DNA of 64,000 nucleotides from Terriglobia bacterium (GTDB lineage Bacteria > Acidobacteriota > Terriglobia > Acidiferrales > UBA7541), in NCBI GenBank assembly GCA_963695545.1, contig OY968796.1, positions 2,528,001 to 2,592,000 on the forward strand, in the 5' to 3' direction. The position numbers and the translations under genes are program-made. The notes under the pieces were generated by a model. The model did not search any database, was not told the origin of the DNA, and was given only the letters and a program-made list of their open reading frames with translations. Of the stretch, positions 26,343 to 36,143 are shown in pieces (position 1 is the stretch's first letter; every line of letters begins with the position of its first letter).

Positions 26343-27539
26343 ATGACCAAGCTCTCGATTCGTGATCTCGATATGTCCGGCAAGCGCGTGTTCATGCGCG
26401 TGGATTTCAACGTGCCGCTCGACGGCGCCCGGGTCACGGACGACACGCGCATCCGCGAGACGCTGCCGACGCTCGAACTCGCCGCCTCGCGCGGCGCGCG
26501 TATCGTGCTCGCGTCGCATCTGGGCCGGCCCAAAGGCAAACCCGATCCGAAATATAGTTTGCGGCCCGTGGCGGATCGCCTGGCGGATTTGATCGGGCGG
26601 CGCGTGGATTTCGCCGCCGATTGCGTGGGCGACGACGCGGAATCGAAAAGCAGGGCGCTCGCGCCCGGCGGCGTGCTGCTTCTTGAAAATGTGCGCTACC
26701 ACGCCGAAGAAGAAGCCAACGACGAAAATTTCTCGCGTCGCCTCGCGGCACTTTGCGATGGCTTGTTCGTATGCGACGCCTTCGGCTCGGCGCATCGCGC
26801 GCACGCATCGGTGGTGGGCATCACGCGCTTCGTTCAAAAATCCGCCGCGGGCCTCTTGATGGAGCGCGAGCTCGCGTATCTCGGCAAAGCGATTTCAAAT
26901 CCCGAGCGGCCGTTCGTGGCCGTGCTCGGTGGCGCGAAAGTTTCCGACAAAATCGAAGTGGTCGAGAACCTGATGAAGATCGCCGATGCCATGCTGATCG
27001 GCGGCGGAATGACCTATACGTTTCTGAAGGCGCAGGGATTGCCGGTCGGCGCGTCGCTGGTGGAGGCCGACAAGGTTGAATTGGCGCAACGGTTGATTGC
27101 CGAAGCGCGCGCACGCGGTTTTCGCTTGGTGCTGCCGGTGGATCACGTCGTGGCCGCAGCTTTCAAACCCGACGCCGAAAAGAAAACAGTGTCCATCGCG
27201 CAGACTCCCGACGGCTGGATGGGATTGGACATCGGCCCGGAGAGCGTCGCGCGCTTCACTGACGAAATCGCCTCGGCGAAAACGATCGTGTGGAATGGCC
27301 CGATGGGCGTGTTCGAGTGGCCGGCATTCGCGCAGGGCACGCTCGATGTGGCGCGCGCCGTCGCAAAGGCTACCGCCGCCGGAGCGACCTCGATCGTGGG
27401 TGGTGGCGACTCCGTAGCTGCCGTTCATCAGTCCGGCGTGGCTGATCAGATCTCGCACATTTCGACTGGCGGCGGCGCATCGCTCGAATTTTTGGCCGGC
27501 GCGAAACTGCCGGGCGTCGAAGCCCTGACGGATCGCTGA
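26343..27539 (+). CDS. pgk: Phosphoglycerate kinase
   Basis: [31 protein letters not shown] and [11 protein letters not shown]. Confidence 0.98.
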   Translation: MTKLSIRDLDMSGKRVFMRVDFNVPLDGARVTDDTRIRETLPTLELAASRGARIVLASHLGRPKGKPDPKYSLRPVADRLADLIGRRVDFAADCVGDDAESKSRALAPGGVLLLENVRYHAEEEANDENFSRRLAALCDGLFVCDAFGSAHRAHASVVGITRFVQKSAAGLLMERELAYLGKAISNPERPFVAVLGGAKVSDKIEVVENLMKIADAMLIGGGMTYTFLKAQGLPVGASLVEADKVELAQRLIAEARARGFRLVLPVDHVVAAAFKPDAEKKTVSIAQTPDGWMGLDIGPESVARFTDEIASAKTIVWNGPMGVFEWPAFAQGTLDVARAVAKATAAGATSIVGGGDSVAAVHQSGVADQISHISTGGGASLEFLAGAKLPGVEALTDR

Positions 27540-27564
27540 CGGAACGAATCGCTCGAGGAGGCGC

Positions 27565-28317
27565 ATGGCGCGAAAACCGGTGATTGCGGGGAATTGGAAG
27601 ATGTACAAGACACAGGCGGACGCCCGCGCATTTTTTGCGGCGTTTGCGCCGCTGGTCGAAGGCGCGCAGCATTGCGAGATCGTGATCGCGCCGCCCTTCA
27701 CCGCGCTCGCGGCGTCGGTGGACGCTGTGCGCGGCACGCAGATCCAGATCGCGGCGCAAAATATGTATTGGCAAAGCGAAGGCGCGTTCACCGGCGAAAT
27801 CTCGGCGCCGATGCTGGTTGAAACCGGTTGCACCACGGTGCTCGTCGCGCATTCCGAGCGCCGGCAATTCTTCGGCGAGACCGACGAGAGCGCCAACAAA
27901 AAAGTGAAAGCCGCGCTGAATGCAGGCCTGACGCCGATTCTGTGCGTCGGCGAATCGCTGAAAGAGCGCGAAGCCAACGAGACCGAGAGCGTGCTCGAAC
28001 GCCACTTCCGCGGTGGCCTCGCCTCGTTGACCACCGAGCAGTTCTCGCGTATTCTTTTAGCTTACGAGCCTGTGTGGGCCATCGGTACCGGCCGCACGGC
28101 AACGCCCGAGCAGGCCTCCGACGCGCATCGTTTCCTCCGGCAACTGGCCGCAAGCGTCTTTTCACCGAGCGAGGCCGCGGGAGTGCGGATTCTGTACGGT
28201 GGCAGCGTCAAGCCCGACAACATCCGCGGCTTGATGGCGCACCCGGATATCGATGGCGCGCTTGTGGGCGGCGCGAGTTTGGACGCGAAATCGTTCGCGG
28301 CAATTGTGAATTTTTAG
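27565..28317 (+). CDS. tpiA: Triosephosphate isomerase
   Basis: AGNWKM, HSERR, AYEPVWAIGTG and YGGSVKP. Confidence 0.98.
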   Translation: MARKPVIAGNWKMYKTQADARAFFAAFAPLVEGAQHCEIVIAPPFTALAASVDAVRGTQIQIAAQNMYWQSEGAFTGEISAPMLVETGCTTVLVAHSERRQFFGETDESANKKVKAALNAGLTPILCVGESLKEREANETESVLERHFRGGLASLTTEQFSRILLAYEPVWAIGTGRTATPEQASDAHRFLRQLAASVFSPSEAAGVRILYGGSVKPDNIRGLMAHPDIDGALVGGASLDAKSFAAIVNF

Positions 28318-28344
28318 TTCGGGAAATTCCAGGGAGCGCGGGGA

Positions 28345-28809
28345 ATGCCGAGGGAACTAAAGTGGGCGATTTCATTCGTGGTCGGCGCAGGACTGCTCGC
28401 GCTCGGGTGGCGTATGTACGCCTTTTTGGTGACATTACACATCGTAGTTTGCCTCACGCTCATGCTGGTGGTTTTGTTGCAAAGCGGCGAAGCGGCTGAT
28501 TTGGCGGGGGCCTTCGGCGGAGCCGGCAGTCAAACCGCATTCGGCCCGCGCGGCGCCGCGACGTTCCTCACCAAAGCCACCACCTGGTGCGCCGTGATGT
28601 TCCTTTTCACTTCGATGGCCTTGACCATGCACGTCAGCACGCGCGGCGGCGCCGGCGCGGCTCACTCGATCCTGCAAGAATTCTCGAAGCCATCGTCGTC
28701 GAAGACAGTGCCCCCAATCAATGTGCCGCTGACGCTGCCGATGACCCCGACGCCGACGCCCGCGCCGCCGCAGCCCGCGTCTTCGACTCCGCCACCTCCG
28801 TCCAAGTAA
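28345..28809 (+). CDS. secG: Preprotein translocase subunit SecG
   Basis: VLLQSG...LAGAFGG.GSQTAFG.RGA..FLTKAT; conserved position after tpiA. Alternative start at 28414. Confidence 0.92.
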   Translation: MPRELKWAISFVVGAGLLALGWRMYAFLVTLHIVVCLTLMLVVLLQSGEAADLAGAFGGAGSQTAFGPRGAATFLTKATTWCAVMFLFTSMALTMHVSTRGGAGAAHSILQEFSKPSSSKTVPPINVPLTLPMTPTPTPAPPQPASSTPPPPSK

Positions 28810-28846
28810 AACTGAAGTAGTGCTTAGCAGCGCCCGCGCGCGGCGC

Positions 28847-28875
28847 TTGCCGCCGCTTGAGCGCCCGGCTACAAT
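28847..28875 (+). promoter_or_regulatory. Sigma70-type promoter of tRNA-Leu
   Basis: TTGCCG-N17-TACAAT, 19 nt upstream of the tRNA. Confidence 0.6.
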
Positions 28876-28894
28876 CCTTGCCTTCACCCTCTGT

Positions 28895-28979
28895 GCGGAA
28901 GTGGCGGAACTGGCAGACGCACCATCTTGAGGGGGTGGCGCCGTAAGGCGTGGGGGTTCGAATCCCCCCTTCCGCACCA
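28895..28979 (+). tRNA. tRNA-Leu (GAG)
   Basis: GCGGAAG/CTTCCGC acceptor, CCATC-TTGAGGG-GGTGG anticodon arm, long variable arm, GGTTCGAATCC, CCA end; secG-leu synteny. Confidence 0.96.
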
Positions 28980-29285
28980 CAATTTTTTGCCGCCGAGGCT
29001 CGCAGTATTGCCCGCGGTTTTCCGCGCGATATCATTCCCCCGTTTATTATTCCTTCCTCCAGCTTCGCACGCATGTTGTTCCGCGCTCGGGCCGGTTTGG
29101 ATTTCGCCCGAGCGCTCCCCCGCCGAGCGCCTAAAATTCCTGCGGTTCAATTCACCAAGAATGCTCCTTGAAATTCGTGCGCGGATGGATATTATTACGG
29201 TCTTTATGGGGCGCGCATCGTTGGCGCGCTTTGCCGGTCGCCGGATTCGAGAGGTCGGGGAAGCCGTGTGACGGAGCGGAGGACC

Positions 29286-30131
29286 ATGGAGTCGAGAACG
29301 AAGCGCAGAGAAAGTCAAAAAGGCTCGACCTTACCCGCCGCGATGTTGGCGCTGCTGATCGTGGTGATGACGGTCATCACGGTTTATATCTTCGTCAAAA
29401 AAATCTGGTGGTTCCCGCCGAGCATTACCGATGAGGGCGCGCTCTTCGACGCGCAATTCCTTCGCACGCTGTGGATCACGGGCGTGATTTTCGTCGCCGC
29501 GCAGTTGGGCCTCGCGTACGCGCTTTTCCGCTTTCGTGATCGCGGGCAGCGCGTCCGATATTTCGAGGGCAACAACGTAATGGAAGTGCTTTGGACTGTC
29601 GCGACGCTGGTCCTCTTCGTCGGTTTGGGAATTTACGCCGAAAAGGCCTGGGCTGAAGTGCACTTCATGGGTGCCGAACCCGGCGCGCTGCCGATCGAAG
29701 TCACCGGCCAGCAATTCGCGTGGAATTTCCGTTACACGGGTCCGGACGGAGTGTTCGGCCGGACGCGCCCCGACCTGGTGAGCGCATCGACGGGGAACGC
29801 CGTCGGCGTTGATCCCACGGATCCTGCCGGAAAAGACGACATCATTTCCCCCGGCACGATCGCCGTGCCCGCGGGGCGCGAAGTGGACCTGATCATCAAG
29901 TCGCTCGACGTCACGCACAGTTTTTTCGTTCGTGAGCTGCGCCTGAAACAGGACGCGGTGCCCGGAATGACCATTCACCTGCACTTCACGGCCAACACGC
30001 CCGGCACCTACGAAGTGGCCTGCGCCGAATTGTGCGGCCTGGGGCATTACAAAATGCGCGCGACCATGATCGTGATGAACGAAGCCGATTTCGAGAAGTG
30101 GTTGCAAGAGCAGGAAGCCGCGAACCAGTAG
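29286..30131 (+). CDS. coxB: Cytochrome c oxidase subunit II
   Basis: Two TMs, GQQFAW, DVTHSF and CuA motif CAELCGLGHYKM; GGAGG RBS. Confidence 0.93.
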   Translation: MESRTKRRESQKGSTLPAAMLALLIVVMTVITVYIFVKKIWWFPPSITDEGALFDAQFLRTLWITGVIFVAAQLGLAYALFRFRDRGQRVRYFEGNNVMEVLWTVATLVLFVGLGIYAEKAWAEVHFMGAEPGALPIEVTGQQFAWNFRYTGPDGVFGRTRPDLVSASTGNAVGVDPTDPAGKDDIISPGTIAVPAGREVDLIIKSLDVTHSFFVRELRLKQDAVPGMTIHLHFTANTPGTYEVACAELCGLGHYKMRATMIVMNEADFEKWLQEQEAANQ

Positions 30132-30199
30132 TGTCCCGGGTGCGTCCCGGCGGGTGCGGGCCGTAATTGAAGCCCGCGCAGAACAAGGGGAGGGAGTTG

Positions 30200-31969
30200 A
30201 TGGCCACACACGCAGGCGTTGGCGCGCATCCGCACACCGCGCCGACCGGCTTTCTGTGGAAATACGTTTTCAGCCTGGATCACAAGGTCATCGGCATCCA
30301 GTATTACTTCCTCGCGCTGTTTTCCGTGTTTGTTGGAATGGCGCTCTCGGTGTTAATGCGATTCCACCTCGTGTGGCCGGCGAAAGCGCTGCCGTTCATG
30401 GCCGGCGCGGTGATGAAGCCGGAGCAGTACCTCGCGCTCGTGACCATGCACGGCACGATCATGGTTTTCATGGTGCTGACCACAGCGCCGCAGTCGGGTT
30501 TCGGCAATTATTTCCTGCCCATCGAAATTGGCGCCGAAGACATGGCGTTTCCCGTGCTCAACATGCTTTCGTTCTGGACCACGTTCGTCTCGCTGCTGGT
30601 GATTCTCGCTGCGTTCTTCGTGGAAGGCGGCGCGCCGATCGGCGGTTGGACGTCGTATCCGCCGCTGAGCGCCGTCGGCGACATGGCGGGTCCCGGGCAA
30701 GGCGCCGGGCAAACGCTGTGGGTGATTGGCCTCGGAATTTTTTGTCTGGCTTCACTGATCGGCGCGCTCAATTTCATCACCACCACGGTGGACCTGCGCT
30801 GCAAGGGAATGTCGCTGATGCGCATGCCGCTGACAGTGTGGGCGTGGCTGGTCACTGCGATCCTCGGCCTGCTCGCGTTCGGCGTGCTGCTCGCCGCGTG
30901 CGTGCTGCTGCTGCTCGATCGTGTCGCGGGGACGAGTTTCTTCATCCCCGGCGGCCTAGTGTTCACGGATCAGGTGCTCACGTCTCACGAGGGCGGCTCG
31001 CCGCTGCTCTGGCAACACCTGTTCTGGTTCTTCGGACATCCGGAAGTTTACATCGCGATTCTTCCGGGCATGGGCGTGACGTCGCACGTGCTCTCCAATT
31101 TTTCGCGCAAACCTGTTTTCGGATATCGCGCGATGGTCGGCGCGTTGTGCGCCATCGGTTTCCTGGGCTTCTGCGTTTGGGGCCACCACATGTTCGTCAG
31201 CGGAATGAGCCCGTATTCGGCCTTTGCGTTTTCGCTGCTGACGATGACCATCGGCGTGCCGTCGGCGATCAAGACGTTCAACTGGTTGGGAACTTTGTGG
31301 GGCGGCAAGATCGAATTCACGTGCGCGATGTTGTTCGCGCTCGGATTCGTTTCGCTGTTCGTCACCGGCGGCCTCTCGGGATTGTTCCTGGCGCAGCCGA
31401 CGCTGGATCTTTTCTTCCACGACACTTTCTTCGTCGTCGCGCACTTCCACTTTGTCATGGGCGTGGCCGCGATCTTCGGAATTTTCGCGGGGACATATTT
31501 CTGGTATCCGAAAATGTTCGGCCGAATGCTGAGTGAGGGCATCGGCAAACTGCATTTCTGGCTGACCTTCGTCGGCGTGTACTGCATTTTCATGCCCATG
31601 CACTTTTTGGGAATGGTTGGCCGTCCGCGCCGCTACGCGGACCTCTCAGGCGTGAATTTCCTGGCCCCGTTGCACCCCGTGGAATATTTCATCTCCATCG
31701 CGGCGTTTATCACGGTCAGCGCGCAATTTATTTTCCTGTTCAATTTCTTCTACTCGCTGAAGTGGGGCAAGAAGGCGGAAATGAATCCGTGGCGCGCGAC
31801 CACGCTGGAGTGGACCATTCCTTCGCCGCCGCCGTTCGACAATTTCGCGGGGCGCCACGTGCAGGTCTATCGCGGGCCGTATGAATTCAGCGTGCCGGGC
31901 GCGCCTCAGGATTTCATTCCGCAGGATGAACCGCCGGTGGAAGCCACCGGAGCGCAGGGCAAAGGATAG
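30200..31969 (+). CDS. coxA: Cytochrome c oxidase subunit I (A1 type)
   Basis: DHKVIG, MHGTIMVF, FFGHPEVY, WGHHMF and VVAHFH. Confidence 0.96.
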   Translation: MATHAGVGAHPHTAPTGFLWKYVFSLDHKVIGIQYYFLALFSVFVGMALSVLMRFHLVWPAKALPFMAGAVMKPEQYLALVTMHGTIMVFMVLTTAPQSGFGNYFLPIEIGAEDMAFPVLNMLSFWTTFVSLLVILAAFFVEGGAPIGGWTSYPPLSAVGDMAGPGQGAGQTLWVIGLGIFCLASLIGALNFITTTVDLRCKGMSLMRMPLTVWAWLVTAILGLLAFGVLLAACVLLLLDRVAGTSFFIPGGLVFTDQVLTSHEGGSPLLWQHLFWFFGHPEVYIAILPGMGVTSHVLSNFSRKPVFGYRAMVGALCAIGFLGFCVWGHHMFVSGMSPYSAFAFSLLTMTIGVPSAIKTFNWLGTLWGGKIEFTCAMLFALGFVSLFVTGGLSGLFLAQPTLDLFFHDTFFVVAHFHFVMGVAAIFGIFAGTYFWYPKMFGRMLSEGIGKLHFWLTFVGVYCIFMPMHFLGMVGRPRRYADLSGVNFLAPLHPVEYFISIAAFITVSAQFIFLFNFFYSLKWGKKAEMNPWRATTLEWTIPSPPPFDNFAGRHVQVYRGPYEFSVPGAPQDFIPQDEPPVEATGAQGKG

Positions 31970-31971
31970 AC

Positions 31972-32658
31972 GTGAAAACCGCGGCTACCGAAGAACTCGA
32001 ACTGATCGAAACCGGAAACGGCGGAGGCGCCGCTCTTCCGCCTCTCGATGGCGGCGGCGACGACGGCCGCTCCGGGCCGAGCCCGGAAGTTTCGCGGCGC
32101 GCGTTTTCCACGGTCGTGCAGCTGACGATGGCGGCGATCGTGATGTTTTTCATGTCGCTTACCAGCGCCTACATCGTGCGCAAAGGCCTCGGTACCGATT
32201 GGCAGGCCACGCCGATTCCGCCGGTGCTGTGGCTGAACACGCTGGTGCTGCTGGCAAGCAGCGCCACGATCGAGCTGGCGCGTCGCAAAAATTCCGGAAT
32301 AGCGGCCACAAACCCGCGGGCCGCTGAGTTGAGGGAAGAGAGATTTTCGACTTGGTGGACGATCACCATTGCGCTGGGCCTGTTGTTCCTCGCCGGCCAG
32401 CTTTTCGCGTGGCGGCAATTGGCCGCGGCGGGATTGTTTCTGCGCACCAATCCTAGCAGCAGCTTTTTCTACGTGCTGACGGCGGCGCACGGAGCGCATC
32501 TGATCGGCGGAATCTTCGCGCTTTTCTATGTCGCGTTTCGCAATTGGAAGCGCTCGCGCATCACGCAGGAAACGGCTGCGGATTTGGCGGCGCTGTACTG
32601 GCATTTCATGGACGGGCTGTGGCTGTTCTTGCTCGCACTCCTGACACTGGGACGGTGA
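31972..32658 (+). CDS. Cytochrome c oxidase subunit III (first copy)
   Basis: NTLVLLASS, FFYVLTAAHGAH and YWHFMD. Confidence 0.85.
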   Translation: MKTAATEELELIETGNGGGAALPPLDGGGDDGRSGPSPEVSRRAFSTVVQLTMAAIVMFFMSLTSAYIVRKGLGTDWQATPIPPVLWLNTLVLLASSATIELARRKNSGIAATNPRAAELREERFSTWWTITIALGLLFLAGQLFAWRQLAAAGLFLRTNPSSSFFYVLTAAHGAHLIGGIFALFYVAFRNWKRSRITQETAADLAALYWHFMDGLWLFLLALLTLGR

Positions 32659-32661
32659 TCC

Positions 32662-33294
32662 GTGCACCAAGTGAACGCTGAAGAGCCAAGTTCATCGATC
32701 TGGTCGGGTGGAGCGCGGCCATTCGGTGTGGGCTCGAAAAAGCTCGGGATGTGGATGTTCATCGTTTCGGATTCGCTCACCTTCGGCGCGCTGCTTTTGG
32801 CGTATAGCTACGAGCGCCTCTCGAATCCGGATTGGCCGCGCCCGTTTGAAATGTATCCGGGCATCGCGAAATCCACGGGGATGACGGTGATTCTGTTGCT
32901 GAGCAGCTTGACGATGGTATTCGGCGTGGCGGCGGCCAATCGCAACAATCGCAAAGCGGCCGTCAAGTGGCTCGTGGCCACGATGATTCTAGGAGCCTCG
33001 TTCGTCGCGATCCACATGACGGAATGGTTCACGCTGTTCCGCGAGGGCGTCACGCCGTGGTCGAATCCGTGGGGCGCGCCGCTATTTGGCGCGACGTTTT
33101 TCGGAATCACCGGGCTGCACATGCTGCACGTCACGATCGGCGTGATTTATCTGGGCGTGATCGCGGGTGCGTTCGGCACGAACCATCTCAGTTCTGAAGA
33201 CGTCGAAGTGAGCGGACTGTACTGGCACTTCGTCGATTTGGTTTGGATGTTCGTTTTCCCGATGCTCTACCTGATGTCCGTCGCGGTGAAGTAG
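32662..33294 (+). CDS. Cytochrome c oxidase subunit III (second copy)
   Basis: GMWMFIVSD, FFGITGLHMLHV and GLYWHFVDLVW. Confidence 0.9.
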   Translation: MHQVNAEEPSSSIWSGGARPFGVGSKKLGMWMFIVSDSLTFGALLLAYSYERLSNPDWPRPFEMYPGIAKSTGMTVILLLSSLTMVFGVAAANRNNRKAAVKWLVATMILGASFVAIHMTEWFTLFREGVTPWSNPWGAPLFGATFFGITGLHMLHVTIGVIYLGVIAGAFGTNHLSSEDVEVSGLYWHFVDLVWMFVFPMLYLMSVAVK

Positions 33295-33317
33295 CACGCT
33301 AAGCCAAAGGAGCGCGC

Positions 33318-33650
33318 ATGTCGCATGACGCTGGCACCGAGATGCACCAGGCGGGAACCACTGGGCAATTTCTGGTGGTGTGGTTCGCGCTGGTAGCCAT
33401 CACCGCGGGCGAAGTGTTTCTCGCGTATCTTGAATACATGCGCACGCATCCCGCGATCATGCTCACGCTGCTGGTTGGCCTCTCGATCATCAAGGCGGCG
33501 CTGATCATGTCTTACTTCATGCACCTGCGCTTCGAGCGGTTGAGCCTGGTGCTGTGGCTGGTGCCGGCGATGGTTTTTTGCCTGTGCATGATCATTATTT
33601 TCTTCATGCCCGATGCAAATCGCATGTTGCAGATGCGCTTGATGCATTAG
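33318..33650 (+). CDS. Cytochrome c oxidase subunit IV family protein
   Basis: Three TMs and KAALIMSYFMHLRFE motif. Confidence 0.88.
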   Translation: MSHDAGTEMHQAGTTGQFLVVWFALVAITAGEVFLAYLEYMRTHPAIMLTLLVGLSIIKAALIMSYFMHLRFERLSLVLWLVPAMVFCLCMIIIFFMPDANRMLQMRLMH

Positions 33651-33686
33651 GAAAATGGACGGAAGCGCGTTTCGCTGAGGGGCGTT

Positions 33687-33932
33687 GTGAAACTCGGAAC
33701 CTGGAATCGTAAATTGTGGTTCGCGCCGCTGGCCTTGGCCGGAGCGCTGGGATTTGCGCCCGGCGCCGCGGCGCAAAGTTGCGCGCTGTGCTACACCACG
33801 GCTTCCGCGGCGGGCGCGGCCGGCATTCACGCGCTGCACGTGGGAATTCTCGCGCTGCTGTTTCCAGCGCTCGCGCTGTTTCTCTGGATTTTCACTCTGG
33901 TGTTTCGCAGCGCGGGCGCAGCCGACCTCTGA
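33687..33932 (+). CDS. Small membrane protein with CxxC at the end of the cox operon
   Basis: Signal peptide, AQSCALCY and C-terminal TM; GAGGGG RBS. Confidence 0.65.
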   Translation: MKLGTWNRKLWFAPLALAGALGFAPGAAAQSCALCYTTASAAGAAGIHALHVGILALLFPALALFLWIFTLVFRSAGAADL

Positions 33933-34027
33933 TTCGCTTCTTCGCTTTTCCCTGTAACGCTTTTTTCGCCAAACCTTTTCGCAGAGGGCTCAAACCGTTT
34001 GAGCCAATAGCTCGTCAAAACGCCGGC

Positions 34028-35176
34028 TCACGCGTGCGCCGCTTCATTTACTGCTCGGGCCACGCGCGCGATTTGCTCTTCCGTGAGTGCCGGATAAATC
34101 GGCAGCGACAATACTTCCTCGGCCGCGCGTTCCGAGCGCGGCAGCGCGCCGCGCTCCAACTTCGCATCGGCAAATAGTGGTTGCAGGTGCAGCGGCACAG
34201 GATAGTAGACCACGCTTGCGATGCCGCGATCCGCGAGATGTTGCTTGACGCGATCGCGCCGCGCGGCGCCGCCTTCCACGCGGATCGTATACACCGAATA
34301 AACGTGTTCGGATCCGGTGCGGCTCTGCGGCGTGCGAATCCCCGGCGCGTCGGAGAGTTCGTCGTCGTATGCGCTGGCCACGGCTTGGCGCGCGGCAGTC
34401 CATCGCGCAAAGTGGCGCAGCTTCACGCGCAGCACCGCAGCTTGGATTTCGTCGAGGCGGCTGTTCCAACCGCGCTCGGCGCTGACGTAACGCACGGTCT
34501 CGCCGTGATTGCGCAGTCGGCGTAATCGCTCGGCCGCCGCGGGGTTGGCGGTCAGTATCATTCCCGCATCGCCGTAAGCGCCCAAATTCTTCGAGGGATA
34601 AAAGCTGAGGCATCCGAACGCGCCTATCGAACCCGTCGTCCGGCCGCGATAACGCGCGCCGAGCGATTGAGCGTTGTCCTCGATCACGCTGATCCAGCGG
34701 CGAACGCCGACCGCGAGAATCGGATCCATGTCCGCGGAAAGACCGAACAGGTGCACGGCGACAATGGCCCGCGTGCGTGGCGTCAGGCACTGTTCCACGC
34801 GCATGGGATCGATGGTGAACGATATTGGGTCGATGTCGACGAAGATCGGCCGCGCGCCTAGAGCGGTGACCGCGCTCGCTGTGGCGACGAATGTAAACGC
34901 GGGGATCATCACGTCGTCGCCAGGCCCGACGCCCGCGGCGTGAAGCGCGATCGTAAGTGCGTCCGTGCCGGACGCCACGCCGACCGCAAACGGCGATCCG
35001 CAGAGCTGCGCAATTTCTTTTTCGAGCGCCTCGCCCTCCGGTCCCAGAATCCATTTCTGCGAGGCGAAAGCGCGATCGAATGCGGCGCGAATATCGGCGC
35101 CGATGGCGGCCCATTCAGCGCGCAGATCGAGCAGAGGAATCGGAGCGTCTGCCGAGGGAGGGGCTGGCGAGCTCAT
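34028..35176 (-). CDS. DegT/DnrJ/EryC1/StrS-family PLP aminotransferase
   Basis: SGTDAL, VHLFG, EDNAQ, SFYPSKNLG.YGD.G and NSRLDEIQAA. Confidence 0.92.
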   Translation of the reverse strand: MSSPAPPSADAPIPLLDLRAEWAAIGADIRAAFDRAFASQKWILGPEGEALEKEIAQLCGSPFAVGVASGTDALTIALHAAGVGPGDDVMIPAFTFVATASAVTALGARPIFVDIDPISFTIDPMRVEQCLTPRTRAIVAVHLFGLSADMDPILAVGVRRWISVIEDNAQSLGARYRGRTTGSIGAFGCLSFYPSKNLGAYGDAGMILTANPAAAERLRRLRNHGETVRYVSAERGWNSRLDEIQAAVLRVKLRHFARWTAARQAVASAYDDELSDAPGIRTPQSRTGSEHVYSVYTIRVEGGAARRDRVKQHLADRGIASVVYYPVPLHLQPLFADAKLERGALPRSERAAEEVLSLPIYPALTEEQIARVARAVNEAAHA

Positions 35177-35203
35177 GTTCCGTCTAGCCTTTCGTCGTCC
35201 TGC

Positions 35204-35662
35204 TCAGTCGGCGCCGCGGCCGCCCGCGATCGGACCGGATGCTGGACCGGATACGCGCGTGGAAGGCGGCGCACAACTCTGCGGACCACAGCGCGGCGGC
35301 GCGCCGGGCAAACTGTAGCGATTGCGCGCGATCCAGCGATAAATGCCCGGTCCCATCCATCGAAACGGCGGCGCTCCGAGTATCCATCCGAGCCACGCGA
35401 GCCGCGGCATCGCCCGCAGCAAAACAACCCACGCGGAAAATCCGGCCACCCAAGCGCCGTCAGGTGTGCGCACGTGCATCTCGTTCTCTAATTGCTCGAT
35501 AGAAAAAGGCGCGCGCGCGGCGATGGCGGGATCGTTGTAATCAACGAACGAGATGCGGTGGCGTGTGTCATACGGTTCGACGCGCGCACGAATCCACTGG
35601 CAAAACGCGCATGAACCGTCGTTAAAAACCTCGAAGTGCCCGGAGTGTCCGTTCGTGTCCAT
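35204..35662 (-). CDS. DCC1-like thiol-disulfide oxidoreductase (DUF393)
   Basis: DGSCAFC (DxxCxxC) and YRWIARNRY. Confidence 0.85.
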   Translation of the reverse strand: MDTNGHSGHFEVFNDGSCAFCQWIRARVEPYDTRHRISFVDYNDPAIAARAPFSIEQLENEMHVRTPDGAWVAGFSAWVVLLRAMPRLAWLGWILGAPPFRWMGPGIYRWIARNRYSLPGAPPRCGPQSCAPPSTRVSGPASGPIAGGRGAD

Positions 35663-35804
35663 CGCGAGTAGCGCGGCGATCTGGGCGAATTGCTTGGCCC
35701 TCGATACATTATAGCTCGTATGTCACGCGCGCGCGTGAAGCGGACGAATCGGTTTTGTTGCAGCGGCAAGACTTGCGGGTTTGGTAATCGAGATCGGGAT
35801 GCGA

Positions 35805-36062
35805 TCAGTGCGGGCGCCCCGGCGGGTCGGCCGGTTCGGGGATGTGCGGATGCGCCGGAGGCGCGGCGGTGCTCGCGGAGGTTTTCGAGGGCGCCGGTTG
35901 AGGAATACCCACGCCAGAATTCATTTCCAGGTGCTCTTTAGCGCAACGTGGGCAATACGATTTGCCCGTATCTTCGTCGCGCAGGCTCGCGAGTTCGTAA
36001 CAGCCGTGAATACAATCGCAATAGCCGGTTGTCGAAGCCGTTTTGATGGGCACGAGTGCCAT
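35805..36062 (-). CDS. Small Cys-rich (putative Zn-binding) protein
   Basis: GGAGGA RBS; CDCIHGC...YCPRCAKEH followed by a Pro-rich tail. Confidence 0.65.
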   Translation of the reverse strand: MALVPIKTASTTGYCDCIHGCYELASLRDEDTGKSYCPRCAKEHLEMNSGVGIPQPAPSKTSASTAAPPAHPHIPEPADPPGRPH

Positions 36063-36143
36063 CGGCGGAAAATCCTCCGTTCGGGATAGTAACCGCGCGA
36101 ATCGCGTTTCGCAAGACGTCCGGTCGGCGTCGCGCGCGCCGCG

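Noticed and set aside
28895..29280. Genomic island integrated at tRNA-Leu
   Set aside because: The tRNA is followed directly by the cox operon; no integrase or att repeat was seen.
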